A DNA stretch of 64,000 bases from Candidatus Omnitrophota bacterium. GTDB lineage: Bacteria > Omnitrophota > Gorgyraeia > Zapsychrales > Fredricksoniimonadaceae. Shown in pieces: positions 8,298 to 21,000 of the stretch. The stretch covers positions 130,100-194,099 of the forward strand of contig CAIOPG010000007.1 of NCBI GenBank assembly GCA_903860135.1, given 5' to 3'. The notes below the pieces were generated by a model. It ran no database searches. It was given only the letters and a program-made list of their open reading frames with translations, and had not been told where the DNA came from. A program made the translations under genes and the position numbers. The stretch's first letter is position 1. Every line of letters begins with the position of its first letter.

Positions 8298-8304
8298 ATT
8301 TTCG

Positions 8305-8332
8305 TTGACAAAAAAGGGTGTTTCAGGATAAT
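8305..8332 (+). promoter_or_regulatory. putative rpsA promoter
   Basis: TTGACA (8305-8310)-16 nt-GATAAT (8327-8332). Confidence 0.5.
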
Positions 8333-8414
8333 TGATAAACTTACCCAAGGCAGAGAGGCTGTCATCTGGGCGGGAAACGTTAACACCTTAACCCTGCAGT
8401 GAAGGAAATACCCC

Positions 8415-9962
8415 ATGAGCGCGACACAAAAATCAATAATGGAAGAGCTTTATAACAGTACCTTGAAGACGTTTGCCGAAGGGCAGATCGTCCAGGGCAC
8501 GATCGTCGCCAAGAACAACAGCGAGGTCATCGTCGATATCGGCTTTAAGTCCGAGGGTTTTGTTCCTCTCGTCGAGTTCCGCAATCCCGCGGCGGTCGAT
8601 GTCGGCCAAAAGATCGATGTGCTCATTGAAAATATAGAAGACGAGGACGGCAAGCTGATCCTGTCCCATGGCAAGGCCGAAAAGATGAAGGGCTGGCAGA
8701 AGATCGCTGATGTCATCAACGAGGGCGATGTGGTCGACGGTCGGGTCATCCGGATCGTCAAGGGCGGTTATATCGCTGACATTCAGGGTGTTGAGGCGTT
8801 CTTGCCGATGTCCTTGTCGGCGTTCAAGGGCTTCCATTCCGACGATATCATGGCGCGCAGTTACAAGTTCATGGTCGCCAAGATGAACAAACAGCGCCGC
8901 AACCTTATCCTTTCCCGCCGTGAAGTTGTTCAGAAAGAACGCGAAGAGGGCCGTGAAGTCCTCTGGGCGAAGCTTGAAAAGGGTCAGCGCCGTACGGGCG
9001 TGGTCAAGGGGATCACGGATTTCGGTGCGTTCATCGACCTGGGCGGCGTCGACGGGTTGCTGCACATCACGGATATGAGCTGGTCGCGTATCAGCCATCC
9101 GTCAGAGATCGTCCGTCTGGGCGATCGCCTCGAGATCATCATCCTTGATTTCGACAAGGAAAACTCCAAGGTTTCGCTCGGCCTCAAGCAGATCACACGT
9201 AATCCTTGGGAAAGCGTTTATGACAAGTACCCTACGGGCACGATCGTGAAAGGTAAAGTTGTCAATATCATGCCTTACGGCGTGTTCGTCGAGATCGACA
9301 AGGGCATCGAAGGCCTTTTGCACGCCTCCGAGATCACCTGGCAGAAGAAAATGGTTAATCCCCAGGAAATGTTCACGGTCGGCCAGCAGGTCGATGTCCA
9401 GATCATTAATGTGGACAAAGATTCCAAGCGCATTTCGCTGAGCATGAAACAGCTAGAGGATAACCCGTGGCTCAAGGCTGAAGAGAACTTCCCGGTTAAT
9501 ACCCGCGTTAAGGGTACTGTGCGTGGTTTTGCCGATTATGGCGCGTTTGTTGAGTTGGAGCATGGTCTTGAGGGCATGATCCACGTTTCTGATATGTCCT
9601 GGACCCGCAAAGTCAATCATCCCCAGGAAGTCCTGCAGAAGGGCCAATCCGTTGATGTGGTGATTCTCGCTGTTGACGGCAAGAATCGCAAGATCACCTT
9701 GGGCCTCAAACAGCTTCAGCCGAATCCATGGGTTGGTATTGCCGCGAAGTTCCCGATAGATACGGTGGCCGATGCGGTGGTTATCATGAATTCCAACTTC
9801 GGCGTTTTCGTGAAGCTGGAAGATGATATAGAAGCGCTGATTTATTCCTCTGAAATTGACAAGGAAGAAGCCGTCAAGCTGAAGCCTGGCGACAAGGTCC
9901 GTGTCAAGATCATTAAGGTTGATGTTGAGCAGATGAAGATCGGCGTCAGCGCACGCGTCTAA
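8415..9962 (+). CDS. rpsA: 30S ribosomal protein S1
   Basis: VDIGFKSEG and repeated S1 domains ([44 protein letters not shown]). Confidence 0.97.
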   Translation: MSATQKSIMEELYNSTLKTFAEGQIVQGTIVAKNNSEVIVDIGFKSEGFVPLVEFRNPAAVDVGQKIDVLIENIEDEDGKLILSHGKAEKMKGWQKIADVINEGDVVDGRVIRIVKGGYIADIQGVEAFLPMSLSAFKGFHSDDIMARSYKFMVAKMNKQRRNLILSRREVVQKEREEGREVLWAKLEKGQRRTGVVKGITDFGAFIDLGGVDGLLHITDMSWSRISHPSEIVRLGDRLEIIILDFDKENSKVSLGLKQITRNPWESVYDKYPTGTIVKGKVVNIMPYGVFVEIDKGIEGLLHASEITWQKKMVNPQEMFTVGQQVDVQIINVDKDSKRISLSMKQLEDNPWLKAEENFPVNTRVKGTVRGFADYGAFVELEHGLEGMIHVSDMSWTRKVNHPQEVLQKGQSVDVVILAVDGKNRKITLGLKQLQPNPWVGIAAKFPIDTVADAVVIMNSNFGVFVKLEDDIEALIYSSEIDKEEAVKLKPGDKVRVKIIKVDVEQMKIGVSARV

Positions 9963-9963
9963 A

Positions 9964-11154
9964 ATGAACATCAGCGACACTCTTGGGTTATTGACCCGCG
10001 GCACGACTGAGATCATCAATGCCGAGATGCTCGAGAAGAAGCTGTCAAAAAGTGCTAAAGAAGGCCGGCCACTGGTTGTTAAAGCCGGGTTTGATCCGAC
10101 GGCGCCGGATATTCACTTAGGTCATGTTGTTCTTTTAAAGAAGATGCGCCAGTTCCAGGATCTTGGGCATCGCGTGGTGTTTTTGATCGGTGATTTCACG
10201 GCCCAGGTGGGTGACCCCACAGGGCGCAATGAGCTCCGCCGCAAGATGTCACGTGAGGACGTTGAACGCAATGCCCTGACCTATAAGGAACAGGTGTTCA
10301 AGGTTCTTGACCCGCAAAAGACCGACGTGGTTTTTAACAGCCATTGGTTCGGGAGTTTTGGCGCGCGTGAGCTGATGGAGTTGACGGCGCATGCAACCGT
10401 GGCCCAAACCCTGGCTCGTGCGGACTTCAGGAAGCGCTTTGACGAGGGGCGTGAGATCAGTGTCCTTGAGTTTATTTACCCGCTCCTGCAGGGGTATGAC
10501 TCGGTGCATCTGCATGCGGATATTGAGTTGGGTGGTACGGATCAGAAGTTCAATCTTCTTATGGGACGTCAGATCCAGGCCGCTTATGGGCAGGAACAGC
10601 AGGTGGTCATCATGACGCCTCTGCTCGAAGGCCTTGACGGTGTCCAGAAGATGTCCAAGTCGTTGGGGAATTATATCGGCATCAACGAAGCGCCGCGCGA
10701 GATTTTCGGCAAGGTGATGTCGGTGAGCGATGTTTTGATGATAAGGTACTTCGAGCTATTGACCAACGAAGCCATTGAGGTCGTTCGTCAGGAGCATCCG
10801 AAGGAGGCAAAAATGAGGCTGGCCGGAGAAATAGTCCGCCAGTTCCATGGCGCCGACGCCGCCCGGGACGCACGTGCGCATTTTGAGAGCGTTTTTTCTC
10901 AAAAGCAGGTTCCGGACGATATCCAGGTGTACGCACTGCCCAGGCAGGATCGTGCCGTGGAGAACGGGCCAGAGAAGGTTCTTCTGGTTGACATCCTTGT
11001 AAGCGCGGGGTTTGTGCTTTCCCGCAATGAAGCGCGCCGGCTGATCAAGCAGGGCGCGGTATCGTTTGGCGGACAACCGGTGACCGATGAACACTGGTCC
11101 GTTGTCCGCGGCATACTTAAGGTGGGTAAGCGCCGTTTTCTAAAACTGGATTAA
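9964..11154 (+). CDS. tyrS: tyrosyl-tRNA synthetase
   Basis: [29 protein letters not shown]-terminal S4-like domain. Confidence 0.97.
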   Translation: MNISDTLGLLTRGTTEIINAEMLEKKLSKSAKEGRPLVVKAGFDPTAPDIHLGHVVLLKKMRQFQDLGHRVVFLIGDFTAQVGDPTGRNELRRKMSREDVERNALTYKEQVFKVLDPQKTDVVFNSHWFGSFGARELMELTAHATVAQTLARADFRKRFDEGREISVLEFIYPLLQGYDSVHLHADIELGGTDQKFNLLMGRQIQAAYGQEQQVVIMTPLLEGLDGVQKMSKSLGNYIGINEAPREIFGKVMSVSDVLMIRYFELLTNEAIEVVRQEHPKEAKMRLAGEIVRQFHGADAARDARAHFESVFSQKQVPDDIQVYALPRQDRAVENGPEKVLLVDILVSAGFVLSRNEARRLIKQGAVSFGGQPVTDEHWSVVRGILKVGKRRFLKLD

Positions 11155-11215
11155 CTCTTCACCGTCGGGAAATGTCTCCAGCCATCGTCATTTAAATATA
11201 TTCGTCTTTAAACGC

Positions 11216-11244
11216 TTGACAAAATCAAAAGGGTTGAGTATACT
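11216..11244 (+). promoter_or_regulatory. strong sigma70 promoter heading the tRNA/ribosomal super-operon
   Basis: TTGACA (11216-11221)-17 nt-TATACT (11239-11244). Confidence 0.8.
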
Positions 11245-11321
11245 TTTGGTTCATTTATTCAGCACCCCATCGGCATGGCGCAATGGTTTAATGTTTCCGG
11301 TTTGATCAGGCAAGGATTTAT

Positions 11322-11397
<76 letters not shown>

Positions 11398-11469
11398 GTT
11401 ATTTCGTGCCCGCGAAAGGGCAGGTGCACAAGATCTAAAAGTTTTACTGACGCTACAGAGACAGGACTT

Positions 11470-11622
11470 ATGCGAGAGATCATTCATTTTCAGTGCACGG
11501 TTTGTCAGCGCATCAATTATTCCGGCATGAAGGACAAAAAGCAAAAACCTGAGCGTATCGAACTCAGCAAGTATTGCCGTTTTGACAAGAAGCATACGCC
11601 TCACAAAGAGATGAAGAAGTAA
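11470..11622 (+). CDS. rpmG: 50S ribosomal protein L33
   Basis: MREIIHFQCTVCQRINY...RIELSKYCRFDKKHTPHKE; true start 11470 (the ORF track extension runs through the tRNA). Confidence 0.95.
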   Translation: MREIIHFQCTVCQRINYSGMKDKKQKPERIELSKYCRFDKKHTPHKEMKK

Positions 11623-11646
11623 TAAACAGCGGAACAGGTTAAATAT

Positions 11647-11720
11647 AGGCCAGTAGCTCCAACTGGTAGAGCGACGGTCTCCAAAACCGCAGGTTGCAGG
11701 TTCGAATCCTGCCTGGCCTG
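11647..11720 (+). tRNA. tRNA-Trp(CCA), CCA end not encoded
   Basis: AGGCCAG...CTGGCCT-G; anticodon loop CTCCAAA; T arm GCAGG-TTCGAAT-CCTGC; canonical position between rpmG and secE. Confidence 0.95.
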
Positions 11721-11731
11721 TGAATATTATT

Positions 11732-11914
11732 ATGATGAAAATTAAAAATTTTTTAGAAGAAGTAATCGCAGAATTAAAAAAGGTTTCCTGGACTTCCCGT
11801 AAGGATTTGATCAACGCCACGTGGATTGTGTTGATCAGTTCCATTTGTTTTGGGATGTTCATTACATCGATTGATCTCCTTCTTTCCAGAGGGATGAGCA
11901 GTCTCATCAGATAG
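11732..11914 (+). CDS. secE: preprotein translocase subunit SecE
   Basis: FLEEVIAELKKVSW followed by one TM helix; upstream of nusG. Confidence 0.92.
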   Translation: MMKIKNFLEEVIAELKKVSWTSRKDLINATWIVLISSICFGMFITSIDLLLSRGMSSLIR

Positions 11915-11920
11915 GTTGTC

Positions 11921-12445
11921 ATGGATTGGTACGTCATTCACACACAGACAGGCGCTGAAGAGCGCGCGAAAGCCGGCATTGATCGCCGTATAGAAACAAC
12001 AGCTCTTAAGACTTTTGTTGAAGAGATTGTTGTACCGACGGAACAGGTCTCCGAGGTTCGCGGCGGCAAAAAGAGGATCACCACACGTAAATTCTTTCCC
12101 GGCTATATTCTTATCAAGATGAATATGACCAAGGAGAGTTGGTATCTTATTAAGACAACGCCGGGTGTAACAAGTTTTATTGGTCCTGGACGTCAGCCCC
12201 AGAAACTTTCTGAAGAAGAAGTTAACACTATTCTTAAAAGAACAGTTGAAACTGAATCTAAGCCGTCTCCTAAGGTTGTTTTTGACATAAATGAGCCCAT
12301 CCGTATCAATCAGGGACCGTTTGCCAATTTTAATGGGTCTGTTACAGAAGTATATCCTGACCGCGGGAAGCTCAAGGTTAGTGTCCCGGTTTTTGGGCGT
12401 TCTACCCTTGTTGAGCTTGAATACTGGCAGGTCGAGAAAATCTAA
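11921..12445 (+). CDS. nusG: transcription termination/antitermination factor NusG
   Basis: WYVIHT, FFPGYILI, TPGVTSF, KOW motif GPFANFNG. Confidence 0.97.
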   Translation: MDWYVIHTQTGAEERAKAGIDRRIETTALKTFVEEIVVPTEQVSEVRGGKKRITTRKFFPGYILIKMNMTKESWYLIKTTPGVTSFIGPGRQPQKLSEEEVNTILKRTVETESKPSPKVVFDINEPIRINQGPFANFNGSVTEVYPDRGKLKVSVPVFGRSTLVELEYWQVEKI

Positions 12446-12466
12446 CAATTACGATCAGGTAAAAAT

Positions 12467-12892
12467 ATGGCAAAAGAACAAATAGCAAAAGTAAATTTAT
12501 ACGTTCCTGCGGGTCTAGCTAATCCGGCACCGCCGGTAGGACCAGCGTTGGGGCAGCACGGTGTGAACATCATGGATTTTTGTAAAAAATTCAATGAACA
12601 GACCAAGGGCAGAGACCCTATGCCGCTGCCTGTTATCATTAATATTTATAAAGATAAGTCTTTCGATTTTATTATCAAAACACCACCGAGTTCTGCCCTT
12701 TTGAAGAAATCAGCAAAAGTAGCTAAGGCATCAGGCGAGGCAGGCAAACAGACCATCGCAACGTTAACACGTGCCCAGGTTGAAGAAATTGCCAAGATAA
12801 AGATGGATGACTTAAATACCGCTGATATGCAGCAGGCGATTCGCGTGATCACCGGAACTGCCAGAAGCATGGGCATTGCGATAAAGGATTAA
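12467..12892 (+). CDS. rplK: 50S ribosomal protein L11
   Basis: ANPAPPVGPALGQHGVNIMDFCK, GTARSMG. Confidence 0.98.
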   Translation: MAKEQIAKVNLYVPAGLANPAPPVGPALGQHGVNIMDFCKKFNEQTKGRDPMPLPVIINIYKDKSFDFIIKTPPSSALLKKSAKVAKASGEAGKQTIATLTRAQVEEIAKIKMDDLNTADMQQAIRVITGTARSMGIAIKD

Positions 12893-12897
12893 TTGAT

Positions 12898-13581
12898 ATG
12901 ACCACAAAAGTCAGCAAACGTGTTAAAACAGCTAAAACTCAGGTAGACGCCGTGCGCGTTTACACTCTTAAAGATGCTGTAGCCCTTCTTCAGAAGGCAC
13001 CCCCAGTGAAATTTGACGAGAGTTATGAATTGCATTTTAATTTAAATATCAATCTAAAAGCTTCTGACCAGAATGTGCGCGGTACTGTTGTACTGCCGCA
13101 TGGTACGGGTAAAACGCTGCGTGTCGCTGTCATTTGTCAGGGCGAGAACGTTAACAAAGCTTTGGAAGCAGGCGCCGATTTTGCCGGGAGCCAGGATTTA
13201 ATTGAAAAAATTGACAAAGGATTTCTGGATTTCGATTGCCTCATCGCAACTCCAGATATGATGAGAGACTTAAGTAAGCTCGGTAAGGTTCTCGGGCCGC
13301 GTGGTCTTATGCCTAGTCCCAAGGCTGGCACTGTTACTGCAGATGTTGCACGCGCACTTAAGGAAGTAAAAGCTGGTCGTGTTGAATTCAAGAATGATAA
13401 GCAGGGTGGCATTCACCTGGGAATCGGCAAACGTTCTTTCAGCGAACAGAAACTTAGTGAAAATGCACAGTACATTATTGAAGCGGTTGATCATGCTAAA
13501 CCTTCTTCAGTTAAAGGCATTTTCATCAAGAGCATTTATCTGTCCACAACCATGGGTCCGGGGGTGAGGGTATCGCTATGA
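12898..13581 (+). CDS. rplA: 50S ribosomal protein L1
   Basis: RGTVVLPHGTGK, LGPRGLMPSPKAGTV, STTMGPG. Confidence 0.98.
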   Translation: MTTKVSKRVKTAKTQVDAVRVYTLKDAVALLQKAPPVKFDESYELHFNLNINLKASDQNVRGTVVLPHGTGKTLRVAVICQGENVNKALEAGADFAGSQDLIEKIDKGFLDFDCLIATPDMMRDLSKLGKVLGPRGLMPSPKAGTVTADVARALKEVKAGRVEFKNDKQGGIHLGIGKRSFSEQKLSENAQYIIEAVDHAKPSSVKGIFIKSIYLSTTMGPGVRVSL

Positions 13582-14108
13582 TGAAGGTTGGAAAAGTTTA
13601 TAGAGAAAATATTACCAAGATACTGCGCAATGGTATTGAAAAACAAGAAAATGTGTTCGTTGTTAATTTTATAAACACACCTTCTAGTGTTATTTGTACT
13701 CTTCGTAAAGTTCTTCAACAGAAAAAAGCAAAGGTTTTCCTTTCACGCAATTCTCTCGCGCGTGTAGCGATCAAGGGAACATTACTTGCGAGCATTACTG
13801 AAAAGATAGAAGGACAAACACTTTTCATCTGGACTAATGCTGACCCTGTTGAAATATCTAAGATACTTATCAAGCTCACAGAAAAAAATCAAAATTTCGC
13901 CATTCGTGGCGGTGTGGTAAATAGTCAGTTGCTTGGCAAAGACGATGTCAAACGTCTTTCTGACCTGCCGGCTAAGGAAGTTCTTGTGGCGCAGTTGTTG
14001 GGTACTTTACAGTCGCCGATGACACGTCTTGCCAGAACTTTAAACGGGAAAACAGTCGAATTGCTTTCGATCTTGAAACAAATAAGTGAAAAAAGGGGAG
14101 GTAACTGA
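13578..14108 (+). CDS. rplJ: 50S ribosomal protein L10
   Basis: Position between rplA and rplL; [29 protein letters not shown]. Confidence 0.93.
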   Translation: MMKVGKVYRENITKILRNGIEKQENVFVVNFINTPSSVICTLRKVLQQKKAKVFLSRNSLARVAIKGTLLASITEKIEGQTLFIWTNADPVEISKILIKLTEKNQNFAIRGGVVNSQLLGKDDVKRLSDLPAKEVLVAQLLGTLQSPMTRLARTLNGKTVELLSILKQISEKRGGN

Positions 14109-14110
14109 TC

Positions 14111-14509
14111 ATGTCTGAAAACACTCTTTCTCCGAAGCTCGCTGAGCTCGTGAAGTCTATTGAGGTCCTGACGGCTCTAGAGTTGTCGGATCTTGTTAAG
14201 GCTCTTGAGATCAAGTTCGGCGTCACGGCGTCTGCGCCGATGATGATGGCCGGTGCGGTCGCGGGCGGAGCGGCAGCAGCAGCTCCAGTGGAAGTTCAAA
14301 CATCCTTTACGGTTGTTTTGAAAGAAGCTGGTGCCAATAAGATCAACGTTATTAAAGAAGTGCGTGCCATCACGAATCTTGGTCTCAAAGAAGCCAAGGA
14401 TCTTGTAGAAGGTGCTCCGAAGAACGTCAAAGAAGACGTAACCAAGGAAGAAGCCGAAGATCTTAAGAAGAAGCTCGAGGCAGCTGGCGCGAAGGTTGAA
14501 CTTAAGTAA
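14111..14509 (+). CDS. rplL: 50S ribosomal protein L7/L12
   Basis: [27 protein letters not shown]...[11 protein letters not shown]. Confidence 0.98.
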   Translation: MSENTLSPKLAELVKSIEVLTALELSDLVKALEIKFGVTASAPMMMAGAVAGGAAAAAPVEVQTSFTVVLKEAGANKINVIKEVRAITNLGLKEAKDLVEGAPKNVKEDVTKEEAEDLKKKLEAAGAKVELK

Positions 14510-14553
14510 TTTAAGAATCATCCGACGTCTTTCATAGCTTAAGCCGTTCCTTG

Positions 14554-14576
14554 TCCCGCCCCTTCAGGGGGCGGGA
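14554..14576 (+). promoter_or_regulatory. GC-rich hairpin between rplL and rpoB (attenuator/processing-site-like)
   Basis: TCCCGCCCC-TTCAG-GGGGCGGGA, no long U tract. Confidence 0.5.
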
Positions 14577-14606
14577 TTAACACTTAACAGAAAATTCTGT
14601 AAAGAT

Positions 14607-17600
14607 ATGGCTAAATTGAACATCAGAGAGTTCTGCAAGTTTCACGATGCCTTCGAACTACCGTCATTGCTCGATATCCAGGTCAAGTCTTATGAGAGCT
14701 TCCTCCAGCGAGAGGCTGATTCTAATAAGCGCCAGGATCAGGGGCTTGAAGAAGTTTTTCGGGAGGTTTTTCCTCTTGAAAGTTATGACGGACAGATCCG
14801 TTTAGAATATATTACTTATTCTCTCGGTAAAGAAAAGTATTCACGCCAGGAATGCCAGCGGCGTGGTATGACGTATGCATCGCCGCTTAAAGTAAAACTG
14901 CGCCTTATAACGCCCGTCGATATCAAGGAGCAGGAAGTTTATTTTGGCGATTTTCCATTGATGACGGCCACAGGAACTTTCATTATCAATGGTGATGAAC
15001 GTGTTGTGGTTTCTCAGATCCAGCGTCCGCCGGGTGTTTCCTTTGAGGCGGAGCTTCATCCGACGGGTAAAACGATTTACTATGGTCGCATTATCCCGGC
15101 ACGCGGAGCTTGGTTCGAGGTCAAATATGATCTCAATGACGTTTTGCTAGCGTATATTGATCGTCGTCGTAATTTTCCTGCGACACAGATCCTGCGCATC
15201 ATGGGTTTGACGACGCGTGAAAATATGGAGCAGATCTTCGGCGCTGAATTTGGAAAATTAGCCGCGACGATGGAGAAAGACCATACAGAGTCAAAAGAAG
15301 ATGCCCTTCTTGATTTTTATCGCAAAATGCGACCCACTGAGCCGGCAACGGTCGAAGTGGCAGAGGCTCTTTTTTATCGTTTGTTTTTTGATCCCAAGCG
15401 CTATGACCTTTCCAAGGTTGGACGCCATATTGTCAATCGCAAGTTAAAGTTGAACGTTCCTCTGGATAATAGGGTGCTTGATATCACGACTGTTGTTGCG
15501 TCGATGAAGTATTTATTCGAACTCCGCGAGGGTAGAGGCGATACGGATGATATTGATCATTTGGGTAATCGCCGTATTAAATCTGTTGGTGAGTTGATCC
15601 AGAATCAAGTGCGTATTGGTTTGGCTCGTCTGGAACGTTCGATTAAAGAACGTTTGGTCGTCATGAGCAACTACGAGAATCTCACAGCGCATCACCTTAT
15701 TAATTCGCGTTTATTTTCGAATCAGATTCAGGACTTTTTTGCCCGCAGTCAGCTTTCGCAGTTTGCTGATCAGGTTAATCCTATTGCTGAAATGACGCAT
15801 AAACGGCGTCTGTCGGCACTTGGTCCTGGCGGTCTTTCGCGTGAACGCGCCGGGTTTGAAGTGCGCGATGTGCATCCTACGCATTATGGACGTGTTTGTC
15901 CTATTGAAACACCTGAAGGTCCGAACATTGGTCTTATTTCTTCACTCACAACGTGTGCGCGTATCAATGATCTCGGATTTATTGAAACACCGTATCGCCT
16001 TGTCGAGAACGGCAAAGTTTCTCGCAAATTTGAGTATTTCACAGCTGATGTAGACCAAGACAAGCATATCGCACAGGTGAATACACCTCTTGATAAAGAT
16101 GGCGTAATTCTCTCTAAAGATGTTTCTTGCCGTTATAAAACTGACTTTCCCAAGGTTAATCCTAAGAAAGTTGAATTGATGGATGTTTCACCTAAACAGC
16201 TGGTATCTGTGGCAACATCCATGATTCCTTTCTTGGAGCATGATGACGCTAATCGTGCCCTGATGGGTTCTAATATGCAACGTCAGGCTGTCCCGTTGAT
16301 GATCACAGAAGTTCCTTTTGTAGGAACCGGGATGGAAGAGAAAGTTGCGCGCGATTCGGGTGCTGTGATTGTTTCGCAACATGCCGGGACTGTCACCAAG
16401 ATTGATGCCAGTGAGATCACAATAAACAATGAACATGTTTATTCCTTGAGAATTTACCAGCGTTCTAATGCTAACACCTGTGTCCATCAGACCCCACTTG
16501 TGAAGTTGGGCGAGAAGATTGCCAAAGGTCAGATCATTGCTGACGGCATGGCGACTAAAGATGGTCGTATTGCCCTCGGACGCAATGTTACGGTGGCATT
16601 CATGCCTTGGCGCGGGTATAATTTTGAAGACGCGATTTTGATCAATGAACGTGCTGTGCGTGAAGATAAATTTACGTCTATTCATATTGAACGTTTTGAA
16701 TGTGAATGTCGCGAGACAAGATTGGGTAACGAAGAGATTACACGTGATATTCCTAATGTGGGTGAAGATGCCCTTAAGGATCTTACGGTAGACGGTATTG
16801 TACGTGTTGGTGCTGATGTTAAAGCCGGCGACATATTAGTCGGTAAAGTTACACCCAAGAGTGAAAAAGAACTTTCTCCTGAAGAGCGTTTGTTGCGCGC
16901 CATCTTTGGTGAAAAAGCAGCAGATGTGCGTGACACATCGCTTACACTTTCACCAGGGATAACGGGTGTTATTGTCAATGTAGAAGTTTTTCAGCGCAAC
17001 GAGCGTGGGCGTAAGACAAAAGCTGACAAGATGAAAGAATCGTCTGATGTTGAAAAGATCCATGAATATTACGCTCAGGAAGCTGGATTTGCTTTAGAGG
17101 AAAAGAATAAGAAATTGTCAGTCATTCTTGGTCTTGATGTGAAGAAGGTAGGGCTATTGACTGTTGAGGATTTGGAAGAAGATAGTGAAGGGCGTGAAGT
17201 TATTGCCATTTATAATGAGAGGTTAAGTGAGTTACACGAGGAAGAAGAACGTGAAGTCGATCGTTTGAAAAAAGGTGATGAGTTGCCTGCCGGAGTGCTC
17301 AAACGTGTTGTTGTTTATGTGGCGACAAAACGCAAACTATCCGTTGGCGATAAAATGGCCGGAAGACACGGCAACAAAGGTATCGTTTCGCGTATTCTGC
17401 CTGAAGAAGATATGCCTTTCCTTGAATCAGGAAAAGCAGTTGATATTGTTTTGAATCCGTTGGGTGTTCCTTCACGTATGAACGTTGGTCAGTTGCTTGA
17501 AACGCATCTTGGCTGGGCAGCGTATGCCTTGGGTCTTCATATTGAAACCCCCGTATTTAACGGTGCCACGGAAGACGAAATCTGTAGTCTTTTGCGTGAA

Positions 17601-18059
17601 GCCAAATTACCCGAAGATGGTAAAACGGTTGTTCTTGACGGTTTTACAGGACAGCCTTTCGATCAAAAGGTTACAGTTGGATCTATTTATATGATCAAAC
17701 TAAATCACCTTGTTGATGAAAAAATACATGCGCGCTCAATCGGACCGTATTCGTTGGTTACACAGCAACCTTTGGGTGGTAAAGCTCATTTTGGTGGTCA
17801 GCGTTTCGGTGAAATGGAAGTTTGGGCACTTGAGGCTTATGGTGCTGCCTTTACGCTTCAGGAAATGTTGACTGTAAAGTCTGATGACGTTCTTGGCCGT
17901 AGCCGTATTTATGAGTCTATTGTCAAGGGTGAACATAAGTTGACGCCCGGCACACCGGAATCATTCAATGTTCTGGTTAAAGAGTTGCAGGGATTATGTT
18001 TAGATATCCGCCTTGAGAGAGCCGAAGGCGCAACCGAAGAGGGTGAGAAGAAGGAATGA
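14607..18059 (+). CDS. rpoB: RNA polymerase beta subunit
   Basis: [63 protein letters not shown]. Confidence 0.99.
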   Translation: MAKLNIREFCKFHDAFELPSLLDIQVKSYESFLQREADSNKRQDQGLEEVFREVFPLESYDGQIRLEYITYSLGKEKYSRQECQRRGMTYASPLKVKLRLITPVDIKEQEVYFGDFPLMTATGTFIINGDERVVVSQIQRPPGVSFEAELHPTGKTIYYGRIIPARGAWFEVKYDLNDVLLAYIDRRRNFPATQILRIMGLTTRENMEQIFGAEFGKLAATMEKDHTESKEDALLDFYRKMRPTEPATVEVAEALFYRLFFDPKRYDLSKVGRHIVNRKLKLNVPLDNRVLDITTVVASMKYLFELREGRGDTDDIDHLGNRRIKSVGELIQNQVRIGLARLERSIKERLVVMSNYENLTAHHLINSRLFSNQIQDFFARSQLSQFADQVNPIAEMTHKRRLSALGPGGLSRERAGFEVRDVHPTHYGRVCPIETPEGPNIGLISSLTTCARINDLGFIETPYRLVENGKVSRKFEYFTADVDQDKHIAQVNTPLDKDGVILSKDVSCRYKTDFPKVNPKKVELMDVSPKQLVSVATSMIPFLEHDDANRALMGSNMQRQAVPLMITEVPFVGTGMEEKVARDSGAVIVSQHAGTVTKIDASEITINNEHVYSLRIYQRSNANTCVHQTPLVKLGEKIAKGQIIADGMATKDGRIALGRNVTVAFMPWRGYNFEDAILINERAVREDKFTSIHIERFECECRETRLGNEEITRDIPNVGEDALKDLTVDGIVRVGADVKAGDILVGKVTPKSEKELSPEERLLRAIFGEKAADVRDTSLTLSPGITGVIVNVEVFQRNERGRKTKADKMKESSDVEKIHEYYAQEAGFALEEKNKKLSVILGLDVKKVGLLTVEDLEEDSEGREVIAIYNERLSELHEEEEREVDRLKKGDELPAGVLKRVVVYVATKRKLSVGDKMAGRHGNKGIVSRILPEEDMPFLESGKAVDIVLNPLGVPSRMNVGQLLETHLGWAAYALGLHIETPVFNGATEDEICSLLREAKLPEDGKTVVLDGFTGQPFDQKVTVGSIYMIKLNHLVDEKIHARSIGPYSLVTQQPLGGKAHFGGQRFGEMEVWALEAYGAAFTLQEMLTVKSDDVLGRSRIYESIVKGEHKLTPGTPESFNVLVKELQGLCLDIRLERAEGATEEGEKKE

Positions 18060-21000
18060 AGACCGAAATCAATATTAAGAATCAGGATCGGATCTCCATC
18101 AAGATCGCTTCCCCTGAGGTGATCAGGTCATGGTCTAACGGACCGGTACGTAAAGCAGAAACGCTTAATTACCGGACGCTGAAACCTGAGAAGGATGGGC
18201 TATTTTGCGAACGCATTTTCGGACCTGTTCGGGACTGGGAATGTAACTGCGGAAAGTATAAAGGTATAAAGTTTAAGGGAATTACCTGTGATCGTTGCGG
18301 TGTTCTTGTAACACGTTCTTCTGTCCGTCGTGAGCGTATGGGTCATATTGACTTAGCCTGCGCGGTTACACATATTTGGTTTTACAAGGCTGTGCCAAGT
18401 CGCTTGGCGGCTCTCCTGCAAATAGGGTTGCGTGATCTAGAGAAAATAATCTACTACGAAGAGTATGTGGTTATTGACCCCGGGACTACGCCGCTCAAGA
18501 AAAAAGATCTTTTATCAGAAGATAAATTTCAGGATGCTATTTCAAAGTTCGGCGGTAATTTTAAAGCGAAAATTGGTGCAGATGCTGTGCGTGAACTTTT
18601 ACGCGAAACAGATCTTGTCAAACTTTCAAAGGATTTACGCAAAGCACTCGAAAAATCCAATCCCGCAGGCACTAATTTTAAGAAGATATCCAAGACCCTT
18701 AAAATTGTCGAAGATTTCAAAGTGTCGGGGAATCTTGCTGAGTGGATGGTATTGGATGTTCTTCCTGTGATTCCTCCGGATCTGAGACCGCTTGTTCCTC
18801 TGGAAGGCGGACGTTTTGCGACATCTGATCTTAATGACCTTTATCGTCGCGTCATTAATCGTAATAATCGTTTAAAAAAGCTCATTGATCTTAATGCACC
18901 TGAAATCATTGTCCGTAATGAAAAGCGCATGCTTCAGGAAGCGGTAGATGCCCTGCTTGACAATGGTCGACATGGTCGACCTGTATTAGGTTCTGGCAAT
19001 CGTCCTTTGAAGTCTTTATCTGATATGCTCAAAGGTAAGCAGGGTCGCTTCCGCATGAATTTGCTCGGTAAGCGCGTCGACTATTCAGGCAGGTCTGTTA
19101 TTGTTGTTGGACCTGAGTTGAGTCTGCATCAATGTGGCTTACCGAAAAAAATGGCGTTGGAATTGTTCGAGCCTTTCATTATCCGTAAATTACGTGAACG
19201 TGGTTTTGTGCACACCATCAAGGGTGCCAAGCGGATGGTCGAACGCGCTAATGTGGAAGTGTGGGATATTTTGGATGAGGTCATTAAAGATCATCCCATT
19301 ATGCTCAATCGTGCGCCTACATTGCACCGTCTTTCGATTCAAGCTTTTCAGCCTGTTCTTATTGAGGGTAAGGCTATTACGCTCCATCCTCTTGTATGTA
19401 CTGCGTTCAACGCTGATTTTGACGGCGATCAAATGGCTGTGCATATTCCATTATCTCTCGAAGCACAAACCGAGTGTCGCCTTCAGCTGTTATCGGTGAA
19501 TAATCTTTTTTCACCAGCTGATGGTCGTCCTATTGTTTCTCCGACGCAGGATATCGTCCTGGGTTTATATTATTTGACCAAAGAAAGAGCCGGATCTAAG
19601 GGCGAAGACAAGTTGTTTGCCAATCGCCGTGAGGTTTTAGTGGCATATAACGATGGTTTGCTTGAGGTTCATTCGCGCGTACGTGTGCGTATTAACATCC
19701 TCGTATGGGGTGATGACAATACTTCAACAGTGATTAGTACACATGCAGGAACCGAAAAAGCAGTCAAGATTGAGACGGCAAATACGGTGCGTGTTATTGA
19801 GACAACTGTTGGGCGTGTTATATTCAATGAACAAATTCATCCGGCTATGGGGTTTGTTAATGTCCTTCTTGACAAAAAGAAACTTGGTGCTGTTATCGCT
19901 GATTGTTACAAAAAACTCGGTCATTATGAAACTGTGAAATTGCTCGACCGTGTTAAAGGCCTTGGTTTTCGTTCAGCTACTGACGCGGGTATATCTATTT
20001 CCATGTCAGATCTTACAGTGCCTAAAGAAAAAGAAATCACATTGAATAGTGCCAAGCAGGAAGTTGCCAAGGTAGAAGACCAGTACCACAAAGGTGTTAT
20101 TACTGGACGCGAGCGTTATAACAAGATCATTGACGTTTGGACGCACACCACAGAAACCATTTCTGACATGGTTTTTAAGAAGATGGATGCTTTTAACCCT
20201 GTATTTATTATGGCTGATTCAGGCGCGCGTGGTTCCAAACTGCAAATTCGTCAGCTTTCCGGTATGCGTGGTCTTATGGCCAAGCCTTCTGGTGAAATTA
20301 TTGAGAACCCTATTACAGCGAGTTTTCGTGAAGGTTTAACGGTTTTGGAATATTTTATTTCTACTCACGGTGCCCGTAAAGGTTTGGCCGACACCGCACT
20401 AAAGACAGCCGATGCCGGTTATTTGACACGCAGGCTGGTCGACGTTGCTCAAGAGATCGTTGTATCTGTAGATGATTGTGCGACCATCAACGGTATCGCG
20501 GTATCTGCTATCATTGAAGGTGATGAAGTTGTTGTTCCGTTGAAGGAGCGCATCATTGGCCGTGTAGCTCTTGATAGTATTGTTGACATTGTAACGGATC
20601 AGAGAGTTGTGTTGGCAGGTGAGATAATCAGTGAGGAAAAAGCTTCATTGATCGAGCAACTGGGAATTGAAAAGGTGCGTATCCGTAGTGCGCTCACATG
20701 TGAAGCTGATATTGGTGTGTGTGCCAAGTGCTATGGTCGCAATCTAGCAACACACCGCTTGGTTGAGCTTGGTGAAGCTGTCGGTATCATTGCAGCCCAG
20801 TCGATCGGCGAGCCAGGCACGCAGTTGACGATGAGAACATTCCACATTGGTGGAACAGCTAGCCGTACTGTCGAACAGTCGTTCTATCGTTCCAAGAATA
20901 AGGGTGAGCTAAAGTACCATCAGCTGCGCGTTGTTCAAAAAGGCAATGAGTATATTGTGTTGAATCGCAACGGTTCCGTATCCATCAATAATGAGTATGG

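Noticed and set aside
8433-10019. Minus-strand ORFs of 188-221 aa over rpsA
   Set aside because: Antisense shadows of an unambiguous rpsA
11269-11315. tRNA-like fragment (TGGCGCAATGG A-box-like and GGTTTGA B-box-like) upstream of tRNA-Thr
   Set aside because: The boxes are only ~12 nt apart, with no anticodon arm and no acceptor stem; cannot be supported even as a pseudogene
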